From contig CAXXYE010000008.1 of the NCBI GenBank assembly GCA_963674865.2, forward strand, positions 384,001-448,000: DNA of 64,000 nt, in the 5' to 3' direction. The translations under genes and the position numbers were made by a program. Origin of the DNA: Candidatus Hydrogenedentota bacterium. Its GTDB lineage: Bacteria; Hydrogenedentota; Hydrogenedentia; Hydrogenedentales; SLHB01. Under the pieces are notes generated by a model, which saw only the letters and a list, made by a program, of their open reading frames with translations, had not been told where the DNA came from and made no database searches. Shown here piece by piece: positions 10,957 through 21,681 of this stretch. Positions within the stretch are counted from its first letter, which is position 1. The number at the start of each line of letters is the position of its first letter.

Positions 10957-10984
10957 CGGCCACCCGCATGGGTGGCCGTTTTTT
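10957..10984 (+). terminator. Intrinsic terminator hairpin (copy 2)
   Basis: Identical hairpin followed by T6. Confidence 0.75.
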
Positions 10985-11001
10985 CGTGCGGGGGAGCCTG
11001 T

Positions 11002-11274
11002 ATGCGCTTTCATGTGTATGTTCTTTGCTCGGAGAGTACGGGGCGCTACTATTGTGGCCAGACGGACAACCTTGAACGGCGGATTCAGCAACACAACGAT
11101 CCCAAACACCACGGCACGCAAACTACCAAGCGGTTTCCCGGCCCCTGGCGGCTTGAGTGGACGCAGATCTGCGAGACTCGAGCGGAAGCCATGGCGTTGG
11201 AGAAACAGATCAAGAAGCGGGGTATCAGACGATTCTTGAAGGCCCAGATTCAGAAGGACCCGGGTGGCTGTTGA
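11002..11274 (+). CDS. Small GIY-YIG nuclease (UPF0213-like)
   Basis: HVYVL.S...RYYCGQTDNLERRIQQHN...TK...PWRL...RAEAMALEKQIK. Confidence 0.9.
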   Translation: MRFHVYVLCSESTGRYYCGQTDNLERRIQQHNDPKHHGTQTTKRFPGPWRLEWTQICETRAEAMALEKQIKKRGIRRFLKAQIQKDPGGC

Positions 11275-11453
11275 TCCCGCCTGCGGCGGAACCCGAGGAG
11301 CCAATAACAACAGGCGGTTTCGCAGATTGAGCGAAGCCGCATCTGTGAATGGTTCGCCAGTGCGCTTACCAGCAGTATTCCGCTGGCCGTAGAGCGCATC
11401 AGGGAATTCAAATGAAAATTGGGCTGTTGATGGCTGGAAAGGAGGAGCACAGC

Positions 11454-12047
11454 ATGACAGCATGGACTATGTTGTTCTTGACTGCGGCGGCGTTTATCTT
11501 AACGCTTAACGGCTGTTCGGCAGCCATGGTGCCGCCAGATGCGCCGAAGAAGAGCGTACTGCGCCACACGATGTCCAATATCGATGGCGAGGCAGTTGAT
11601 CTCTCGCAATACGGGGGGCAGGTCGCGCTGGTTGTAAACGTAGCGTCGAAATGTGGCTTCACACCCCAATATGAAGGACTTGAGGCCCTCTACCGACAAT
11701 ACAAAGACAAAGGCTTCGTCGTATTGGGTTTTCCGGCCAACAATTTCATGGGGCAGGAGCCAGGGACAAACGAGGAAATCAAGGCGTTTTGCTCCACCAA
11801 GTACGATGTTACCTTTCCTGTATTCGCGAAGATCTCGGTGAAAGGCAAAGACATAGCGCCGCTCTACCAGGATTTGATTTCACAAGAATTCAGCGGCAGT
11901 CACGCTGGCCATATCAAGTGGAACTTCACCAAGTTCCTAGTCGGCCGCGATGGCTGCGTAAAGGCACGCTTCGGGTCGCGCGTCAAGCCATTGGATCCGA
12001 GAGTGAATGCAGCGGTCGAGACCGCTCTCGCGGAAGGCAGTTCTTGA
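11454..12047 (+). CDS. Cys-type glutathione peroxidase, lipoprotein-like N-terminus
   Basis: VNVASKCGFT, LGFPANNFMGQEPG, IKWNFTKFLV. SD AGGAGG upstream. LNGC lipobox. Confidence 0.92.
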   Translation: MTAWTMLFLTAAAFILTLNGCSAAMVPPDAPKKSVLRHTMSNIDGEAVDLSQYGGQVALVVNVASKCGFTPQYEGLEALYRQYKDKGFVVLGFPANNFMGQEPGTNEEIKAFCSTKYDVTFPVFAKISVKGKDIAPLYQDLISQEFSGSHAGHIKWNFTKFLVGRDGCVKARFGSRVKPLDPRVNAAVETALAEGSS

Positions 12048-12287
12048 CGTTCAGGGCGATCTTCACGCCCACAGGCTATTGTGAACCGGTTCGTTTACTG
12101 CCGCATAGGGTCTAATCGTGTGGATTCCCGTCAAGTCTTTATGTGGCGGACGTTCCTCTCAAAAGTTCGGCAACGTATGGCGTCGATCGTTAGTGTTGCT
12201 TCAGTTAGACGATTACGATGATTCTCGTGATTCGTGAGCAACAGCTTGAGTGCCTATCCTGTTTCCCGTCACCGTAAGTGGAAAACA

Positions 12288-12540
12288 TGGCGGGGCGAAG
12301 CTAAGTAACAGTTTAATGCTGGCATGAAGGTGACGATGCTCGCAAGTTGACGCGGCGTTGGACCATCTGGAAGGGTGGCCATGGGCAGCACAGGAGGGTC
12401 TGTTCATGGCGAAGCGGAATGTGGTGCAGCAGATCCGGCGTGCGACGCTTCGGAAGCTCAGTCCGGAAGAGACCATTCGGATTGTCCTGGAGGGACTGCG
12501 GGGGGAGCTGTCGGTCTCGGCGCTGTGTCGCCGGGGGCGG
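12288..12540 (+). mobile_element. IS3-family left-end remnant with truncated OrfA (from 12406)
   Basis: IRRATLRKLSPEETIRIVLEGLRGELSVSALCRR matches the HTH_Tnp_1 N-terminus. The sequence breaks off and boundaries are approximate. Confidence 0.7.
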
Positions 12541-12587
12541 TGTGGCAGAAATGGCTCTTGAGGGAACTGCGCACTCTTCACCACCGT

Positions 12588-14021
12588 TCACAACCCATCG
12601 ACCCAGTCCTGCACATCCTCTTCCGCCGTTACGGGAGGGCATTGGGTCTGATCCGTGATACACATGTCCTCATAGGAGAAACTGAAGTCTTTGGCGGCTT
12701 GTCGAAAAGCAGCGTCCACTTCGGGCGGCATCGCGGCATCGGACGCTTCGGGTGCGCGGGTCATGACATTCACGCCGGCGTACTCGCCGGCAGGCGTTGA
12801 GCCGCAATAGTTGTACATGATCCAATCCGGATCGGGTTTGGAGAGGATGTGCCAGCGTTCTTGCTGAGGTTGAAGGGGCGGGTTGGCGTAGATAACTTCC
12901 AGCAAGCCCGGTATCTGGTCGCTTATCCTGGGTTCCGCGATCAAGTAAACGGGGCCCTCTTCGCTGCAGCTTCCATTTTCCGCGGGAGCACAGAAGGACG
13001 TATGATACCACCACTGTTCCGCATTATAGATCCAGGAACTCGCCCTGCAGGGAAGGGCATCGTAGCCGCCCTCCCAGCCCGACCCGGGAACACCACAGTT
13101 CAGGCCGCGTGTCTCCAGCCATGTTCCCTCGATCTCGTCAAGGCTCTCAAGAACATACACTTTGTGAATGTTCTCGCTGGTAACCAGACATCGGCCGTCC
13201 GTACCGTCCGGCAAGGTGGGCAAGCAACCGTTTTCGGCGAAGCACTGCACCAGGGCACTGTATATCTCGCTGCTCAATCCTAGAGCGAGTTGACAGACCA
13301 GGTTGCAGGCTTGTTGCTCGGCTTGTGCTCCAGTTGAACCGCACTCGGAGTTGCATACGAGTGCTTCACGGCAAGCAGGGTTCAACACGCAAAGGAGCAT
13401 CTCTATCAGGCAGTTCGCCAGCCCACACATCAACACTTCGCGGTCCGAGTCCGTGGCGGCAAGCTGCGGGAAGTCGATGATGCGATCCCGATTGTAGCCG
13501 CGGGCCACGAGGTCCTCGATGATGGCATCAAGCACGCCAGGCGCCATGACGGGAGTGCGGCTGAGGATGAAGAGCGTGGCGCGCCGCGAGTCCGATACGA
13601 CGGCGTAGCTGTAGTCCACATCATCGAGGGCAATAATCCAGTACTCGCCCTTTAGAAGCCCCCCCAGGATGGACGGGAATGTCACCTCGAGTTTGGCATT
13701 CGTCGCAGTATCCACGACACGCGCGATGCCCTCGATGACCTCTTCCGGTCCGTCGAAGTCTCCTTCGAAGCCACGGTTCACCACCCGCACCGTTCCGTCT
13801 GGCTGAATCGTATACTCAGCCGTCACGCCTACCAAGTTGCGCGTGGGAAAGAAGGAGTAGCCTGCGACTTGGTACCACAGGCCCTCATAGCGCGCCAAGT
13901 CAACGGACGCTACGGTCTCCGGCGGCAGTGGACAGCCGCTCAGGGCCCCGCCCGTCAGGACGAGGACCACCGCAAAAGATCCAAAGGAGATGCTCCGATG
14001 TGCCCAACGCAGTCTACTCAT
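12588..14021 (-). CDS. Lipoprotein: Blc-type lipocalin fused to a VDE-like Cys-rich plus second lipocalin module
   Basis: LSGC lipobox. Blc motifs VDLARYEGLWYQVA, YWIIALD..YSYAVV, LFILSRTP. Then a Cys-rich segment and GTWLETRGLN...ERWHILS...MYNYCG...YAGVNVMTR...ITDQTQCP. Confidence 0.8.
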   Translation of the reverse strand: MSRLRWAHRSISFGSFAVVLVLTGGALSGCPLPPETVASVDLARYEGLWYQVAGYSFFPTRNLVGVTAEYTIQPDGTVRVVNRGFEGDFDGPEEVIEGIARVVDTATNAKLEVTFPSILGGLLKGEYWIIALDDVDYSYAVVSDSRRATLFILSRTPVMAPGVLDAIIEDLVARGYNRDRIIDFPQLAATDSDREVLMCGLANCLIEMLLCVLNPACREALVCNSECGSTGAQAEQQACNLVCQLALGLSSEIYSALVQCFAENGCLPTLPDGTDGRCLVTSENIHKVYVLESLDEIEGTWLETRGLNCGVPGSGWEGGYDALPCRASSWIYNAEQWWYHTSFCAPAENGSCSEEGPVYLIAEPRISDQIPGLLEVIYANPPLQPQQERWHILSKPDPDWIMYNYCGSTPAGEYAGVNVMTRAPEASDAAMPPEVDAAFRQAAKDFSFSYEDMCITDQTQCPPVTAEEDVQDWVDGL

Positions 14022-14040
14022 CGTGGCAGGTCTCCTCTAT

Positions 14041-14130
14041 CCGAGATTCCCCATATGAAACGCCCGGGACCACCCCGGACTCCTCTTCTGCTATTGTAGT
14101 CCTTGTTCCCGATGCGGTCAACGCCACTCA
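14041..14130 (-). mobile_element. Isolated IS1380 right-end copy, inverted relative to ~6257-6345
   Basis: Reverse complement GTGGCGTTGACCGCATCGGGAACAAGG...GGGGTGGTCCCGGGCGTTTCATATGGGGAATCTCGG aligns to 6257-6345. Confidence 0.75.
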
Positions 14131-14176
14131 AGTACACTCAGACGGGGTGCGGCAACTCAGAGGGTTGCGTGACCAA

Positions 14177-14233
14177 CAGGGAATCTCGGGGACACAACAG
14201 TTTACTCAAAGGGACACACCTGCCGGCCGTGCG
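14177..14233 (+). repeat. Partial copy (D) of the GGGGACACAA repeat element
   Basis: CAGGGAATCTCGGGGACACAACA...ACTCAAAGG.ACACACCT..GGCCGTGC, shared with 15845, 18948 and 19236. Confidence 0.8.
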
Positions 14234-14293
14234 TCGCATGGGCGTCAGGTTCTCACGTCATAGCCACTCCGAAGGTGGTGTGCCTCGCGGACA

Positions 14294-15454
14294 TTGACAG
14301 CACCGGGCCATGGGCCTACGATGTCAATGACAGGAGGCCGAAAGGGGGCTCTAGTGGAAGCTGCCATTGAGGTGTCATACTCGGACTTCCCCCAAACCTG
14401 GGGCAAGTCGCCGGAGACGTGGGGGCCCTCGTCTGTTCGGCGCATTATCGACCACATCTACCGAACCGGCGCCAGGCGGATCCACTGGCGAATCAGCTGC
14501 TCGGGCGACTTCAACTATCCCACCCGCGTGAGGGGCGCCGGCAAGGCCTACGCGGTAAACGTGGATTTCGGCAGATGTCAGGGGGGCATCGATTTCAACG
14601 AGTTTGATTCCCTTCGGGTGGCTGTTGACCACGCCCATGACAAGGGCATGCAACTGGTGGCGTGGCTTGACCAGATGGACAGCCACTATTCGCCGGATGC
14701 GACTGCCACGGTGAGTCAGTTCCTTCGCGATCATCCTCAGTTCGCCCATAGGCTTCGAGGAGGGAAGCCGCCGGCCGAGCCAGGCTGTTGGACATCCAGC
14801 ATTTCTTACACGGAGGTGGTTGAATACCGCCTGGAGACCATCAGAGAACTGGTCAATGACTATGGGGTGGACGGCCTGTACCTGGTCTTTGTCGATCAGA
14901 TCGGCTACGAGGAACCTAATGTGGATTCGTTTCGCGTCACATACGGCCAAGATCCAAACCAGATTCCTGAGGATGATCCTCGTTGGATCGCGCATCGTGC
15001 TCAAGAGGTCCTCTTGCCTTACTTGCGCCGAGTGAAGGAGGTCATCCAGCATTCGGGTCGTCCCGTCGAACTGACGATAGAGGGGCAGGGCAGTGTTGTG
15101 GGCAGCGCCAAGTCACTGCCGGATGAGCCTGGGTGGTCAGGTATTCCTTCTTTCGCCAAGGCCAACGAGATCATTCAAGCCGCGCGACCCACGATCGCCG
15201 AGGAAGAACTGGCCGAGGTCCTGGTTTACTGGTCTTTCACGGACCTGGAACAAGCCGCCGACGACCTTCGGGGCAAGATCGGTCTTGGCACGCGTTACCG
15301 GATATGGCAGCGGAAGACGCCCCAGGAACTCCGCGCGCGCTTGGAGGGGGCCGCAGCGCGAGGCGTGCGCTTGTTCACGATCAACGAGGCCACGCCCATC
15401 GAGATGTTTCAGCAGTGGGATCTGATTCGCGGCCTCCTTGCAGATCTCCGATGA
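14294..15454 (+). CDS. Glycoside hydrolase-like family 10 (GHL10/DUF187-like) protein; start uncertain
   Basis: FDSLRVAVDHAHDKGMQLVAW, IRELVNDYGVDGLYL, GYEEP...F...YGQDP...DDPRW. Confidence 0.65.
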   Translation: MTAPGHGPTMSMTGGRKGALVEAAIEVSYSDFPQTWGKSPETWGPSSVRRIIDHIYRTGARRIHWRISCSGDFNYPTRVRGAGKAYAVNVDFGRCQGGIDFNEFDSLRVAVDHAHDKGMQLVAWLDQMDSHYSPDATATVSQFLRDHPQFAHRLRGGKPPAEPGCWTSSISYTEVVEYRLETIRELVNDYGVDGLYLVFVDQIGYEEPNVDSFRVTYGQDPNQIPEDDPRWIAHRAQEVLLPYLRRVKEVIQHSGRPVELTIEGQGSVVGSAKSLPDEPGWSGIPSFAKANEIIQAARPTIAEEELAEVLVYWSFTDLEQAADDLRGKIGLGTRYRIWQRKTPQELRARLEGAAARGVRLFTINEATPIEMFQQWDLIRGLLADLR

Positions 15455-15522
15455 ACAGACCGCGCACCTCGCCAAGATGCACGGGGAAGCAGACGCTTTG
15501 CGCGGTCATGAACCAGATCGAC

Positions 15523-15970
15523 GAATTCTGGGGACACAATACTCAGATCAAGGAAGACAGTTGACCACAGTCGACGTGCCAATACGCGAGGTCCCGACCC
15601 CCTCGGCAAAGGCCCAGAAGTCCGGCGCAAAGAAAATGCGTGGCAGCTCCTTCTTGAGACAGTCAGCGTACTTCTCGCGGTACTGAGGCTGGTGCAACAG
15701 GCCGTAGACGTAATGGAAGATGTCCCATTTCCGTAACGCAGGCATCCTGCCTGCCGGAGATTGTGGCGCAGGCATCTTGCCTGCACGTCTTGCAGGCGGG
15801 GACGCCTGCGTTACATAGTTGCCATACCGGGCTAGGAACTGCGTCAGGGAATCTCGGGGAAACAACACCTCACTCAAAGGAACACACCTAGCGGCCGTGC
15901 GTACCACGCGGACACGGCACAAGAAACCGCCCGCAACGGTAGCAATTGGGTATTGTGTCCCCAAGACTTC
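15523..15970. mobile_element. MITE-like element copy A: TGGGGACACAATAC inverted termini, type ISP R-M gene fragment, internal REP cluster
   Basis: Left GAATTCTGGGGACACAATACT, right GTATTGTGTCCCCAAGACT. The minus strand encodes KWDIFHYVYGLLHQPQYREKYADCLKKELPRI..APDFWAF. Confidence 0.75.
15733..15814. repeat. REP-like palindrome cluster (GCAGGCATC(C/T)TGCCTGC units)
   Basis: Bounded by GTAACGCAGGC...GCCTGCGTTAC. Recurs in copies B and C. Confidence 0.8.
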
Positions 15971-16041
15971 CCCGAGTGGGAACGAAGAACGGCGTCTTCT
16001 CATGGCGTGCCCTCCCGCGTCAAATGACCGCCACCCTTCGG

Positions 16042-16554
16042 CTAGGGCACTGGGGCCATTCTCTTCCGAAGCGCCTCGCCAATGGTGCTCTCATCGGTCC
16101 CGCTCTTTGCTTTGTGCCCGCTAAGTGTACCTGCGGCCGTTGTGAAACGCGTGCCGTTGAGCTCCTCCAAAACATTCTGAAGGGTCTCGCCGTACTGCGC
16201 CGAAAATGGCCCCTCTAGTCGCCGACCGGAGAGAGCCAAGCTGGTGGACAGGAAAACTACCTGGTCATCTACGTCTTCATATCTGAACCAACTCGCGATT
16301 TGAGCAATGCTCTCGCTTGTACCGAAGGAGTAGTCGCCCACCAGGTTGACCCCGCCGAGACCAAGGATCACTTCCCCGTTATTCTGGAAACTCAGTAGCC
16401 ACGTCTCTTGCACCCCTTGTGCCGAGCCTCCGGGGAATTGATTGTAATCGGCGTCCATCACCCAGGTCCCGCCCACTATGGTAGATGGAACCGGGGGGCA
16501 CCCAAGAAAGAAGGACACTGCACCAAGAAGCAATAGTAGAATCGTCTTCCTCAT
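16042..16554 (-). CDS. Hypothetical lipoprotein
   Basis: MRKTILLLLLGAVSFFLGC signal and lipobox. Confidence 0.65.
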   Translation of the reverse strand: MRKTILLLLLGAVSFFLGCPPVPSTIVGGTWVMDADYNQFPGGSAQGVQETWLLSFQNNGEVILGLGGVNLVGDYSFGTSESIAQIASWFRYEDVDDQVVFLSTSLALSGRRLEGPFSAQYGETLQNVLEELNGTRFTTAAGTLSGHKAKSGTDESTIGEALRKRMAPVP

Positions 16555-17535
16555 GGATACCCCCAAAATGTAGGGCAACAAGGCCCGCTATCCCACTTGA
16601 CGAAAGGCAAAGGTAGCAAGACGAATACTTCTTGTGAAACCGATCTTCGCCAAGACCTGGCGGTCTCTTAACCGGCGGGATATTCCTTACCCTTGTTTTC
16701 CCACCACTGTGGCATAAACAAGCAACCAATCCCCCAACACCACCATTCTTCAGCTTTCTCCGGGACGCGGCTGTTTCGCGGCAGACTCACCATTTGTGCA
16801 TGTTTCATCATACGTTCCTCCCCGAATACCGAAGACAACGACTAACCTGCAAGTCAAGATCTACACGTAACCAAGCTGAGCTCCAACACAGGACAAGTCA
16901 GCGCTTAACAGTCTTACAACGAACCCTGCCCGCTGAGTGCCCAGTACCCCTAGTTCAATGAAAACAATAGCACGTATCTTCTTGTTGTGCAAGGGCAGTT
17001 GTCTCAGGGGGCCTAAGTTACGTGTGCTTTGTCCCCAGCGCTGAGGCAAGGGGGAGCCTGTACGCGCCATAAGTAACACACGAAGTCCCCTTACAAGAAC
17101 GAAACGGAGCACGACATGAGAAGGGACAACCATGTTCGGCGCGGTGATGTTTCCTAAGCCGGACCACGCGTGAGGTGCGCTACCGGAGGTGGTGTCCGAG
17201 GCCACGGACAGTTCAGTCTCTTTGGGCTAACGGGGCCATGGCAATGGCAGGGGAGCGAAGGCAAGCTAGGCCAGTCCCCTTCATGCTGTCGGCGGGCGAG
17301 CGGCACGGCCCGCGATGGCTTGCCTTCGGCGTCGTGTCCGCGTGGTGTAGGTGCCGGTGCCAGCACGTAAAGCGAAAGGAGGCAATGGGGGCATAGGGGG
17401 CAACGGCTCACGAGCGCTTAGGGGTAGGGACCCCTTCACAAAACCGGCCATCTGTAGACTTTTCAGAGCCACCACTTGGGGCGTATGCTGCGGAAAACAC
17501 AGGGGCGCAGCCCAGACGGACCAGGCAGACGCAAG

Positions 17536-18432
17536 TTATTCAGGCAGGGGGTTAAGGGTCGCAGAAACCGACATCTCCTGCCCGTTGCGAATGAAGCGAA
17601 TATCAACGGGCTGCCCGGCGTGAGTAAAAAGCACTTGAGACAGGTCCTCGGGGGATGAGACGCCGCGATCGCCGATTCCAACGATCACGTCACCAGCCAG
17701 CAGATTTGCGCGGAATGCCGGAGTGCTGTTCTGCACGAGCCAAACGAACACGCCAGTGTTGCGTTGCAAGGCTGCACGCATTTCCTCTGGGATGGGCATA
17801 CCTCTGATGCCAAGTATGGGTCGTTTTCCTCTTCGGAGAAAGGCAACCTGAAACTGGTTCACCCTGGCTGAGTAAGGCACATAGTAGGTGTAAAACTGAG
17901 GCGGCGTGCTGATTGTGCTCGTTTCGTAGTAGTTGCCGTAGCCATGTCCAGTGTACGAGCCGGTCCCGTAAGCGTACCCCCCACTACCGTAGGCACTCGC
18001 ACTAGCGCTGCCGTAAGCGTTCAGGTTAGCAGAGCCAGAAGAAGAGACTGTTGTGCTGGAACCGGGAACCACACCCAGAACGGGCCGCACCCCCTCTTCC
18101 GTGTGGCTGTATTCGGAGTTGTAAAGGACGATATCGGCGCCTACTTCAAGTGCCTTCTTGGAAAGCTGTTGCTGTGTAGGCATGCCTGACCACGTGAAGT
18201 TTGAGATGCCGACTACCCAATAACCTTGTTCGCCGAGCCTGAGGAGGTCGCCGTCGTAGTCCTCGGTCACCATCACGCGAGGGGTAGTTGACGATGGCTC
18301 GAAGAACGCAGCCAGCTGCTCTGGCGTGGCTCCAATCGTGCGATCTTGATAGAAGTTGGCCACAGGGTTGCTCGTCGCGCAGCCAGCTGCGAAGGCCACA
18401 AGGCAAACAAGCTGACGGGTTGAACAAGTCAT
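17536..18432 (-). CDS. PDZ-domain lipoprotein
   Basis: AAGC lipobox. C-terminal PDZ: LGI...GVFVWLVQNSTPAFRANLLAGDVIVGIG...IRNGQ. Confidence 0.8.
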   Translation of the reverse strand: MTCSTRQLVCLVAFAAGCATSNPVANFYQDRTIGATPEQLAAFFEPSSTTPRVMVTEDYDGDLLRLGEQGYWVVGISNFTWSGMPTQQQLSKKALEVGADIVLYNSEYSHTEEGVRPVLGVVPGSSTTVSSSGSANLNAYGSASASAYGSGGYAYGTGSYTGHGYGNYYETSTISTPPQFYTYYVPYSARVNQFQVAFLRRGKRPILGIRGMPIPEEMRAALQRNTGVFVWLVQNSTPAFRANLLAGDVIVGIGDRGVSSPEDLSQVLFTHAGQPVDIRFIRNGQEMSVSATLNPLPE

Positions 18433-18625
18433 CTTCCAGCCCTTTCTATTGGGAAACGACTTACGAGGGCATACTACACCCTGATATAGGCCGCCAGCAA
18501 CAGCAGGGAACGTAGTTCTACCCGGAGTGATGTTCCGGGATGCGAGCCCCCTTCTTCGGCCTAGCGAGACCTTGTCATACCGTGGGCTTTGGGGGCCTCC
18601 CGATACCGACAAAGGCCGCGAGGAG

Positions 18626-19072
18626 GAATTCTGGGGACACAATACTCAGCTCAAGGAAGATACTTGATCATAGTCAAGGCGCCAATGGGCGAGTTCCCGA
18701 CCCCCTCGGCAAAGGCCCAGAAGTCCGGCGCAAAGGGAATGCCCGGCAGTTCCCGCTTCAGGCAGTCCGCATACTTATCGCGGTAGGCCGGGTGGTGCAA
18801 CAGGCCGTAGACGTAATGGAAGATGTCCCATTTCCGTAACGCAAGCATCCTGCCTGCCGGAGATTGTGGCGCAGGCATCTTGCCTGCACGTCTTGCAGGC
18901 GAGGACGCCTGCGTTACGCAGTTGCCATACTGGGCTCGGAACTGCGTCAGGGAATCTCGGGGACACAACACCTAACTCAAAAGGAACACACCTAGCCGCC
19001 GTGCCTGCCGGGCGGAAACAACAACAGAGGCCGCCCGCAACGGCGGCAATTCAGTCTTGTGTTTCCAAGACT
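18626..19072. mobile_element. MITE-like element copy B (right terminus degenerate)
   Basis: Colinear with 15523-15970 over its full length. Confidence 0.75.
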
Positions 19073-19076
19073 CTCG

Positions 19077-19320
19077 CGTACTCCTCGCGGTAGGTGGGAT
19101 GGTGCAACAGGCCGTAGATGTAATGACAGACATCCCATTTCTGTAACGCGGGCATCTTGCCTGCAGGCCTTGCAGGCGAGGACGCCTGCGTTACGTAGTT
19201 GCCATGCCGGGCTCGGAACTGCGTCAGGGAATCTCAGGGGAATCTCGGGGACACAACACCTAACTCAAAGGGAACACACCTAGCCGCCGTGCCTGCCGGG
19301 CGGAAATGGCAGCAGAAACC
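19077..19320. repeat. Partial tandem copy C of the same element
   Basis: Type ISP fragment, a shorter REP cluster and the GGGAATCTCGGGGACACAACACCT segment. Confidence 0.75.
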
Positions 19321-19349
19321 GTCCATACCTTGTGAGCCACGAATGCAAA

Positions 19350-19377
19350 GGCCGCCACGGTTTCCACCGTGGCGGCC
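19350..19377 (-). terminator. Terminator hairpin downstream of katG
   Basis: GGCCGCCACGG-loop-CCGTGGCGGCC, with TTT following on the minus strand. Confidence 0.65.
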
Positions 19378-19400
19378 CCTTCTTCTCTCGGCTGGCGCTT

Positions 19401-21620
<2,220 letters not shown>

Positions 21621-21681
21621 TCACGCCGGGCGATGCCGCCGGCGCGGTCGCGTTTGACCCTGGCCGCGACGGGGGATATGG

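Larger units (their letters stand above)
10759..11303 (+). repeat. tRNA-Asn-derived repeat unit with palindromic inserts, flanking a GIY-YIG gene
   Basis: CGGGTGGCTGTT(A/G)A at 10812 and 11261; TCCCGCCTGCGGCGG(G/A)A at 10826, 10918, 11275; TTCGAGTCC at 10900; GAGCCA ends at 10768, 10946, 11303. Confidence 0.75.

Noticed and set aside
15548..16003. Functional restriction-modification gene
   Set aside because: Only a ~70-codon internal fragment with a frameshift and REP insert; no methyltransferase or helicase domains.
14177..19320. CRISPR array
   Set aside because: Repeats are long and irregularly spaced, there are no unique equal-length spacers, and no cas genes are present.
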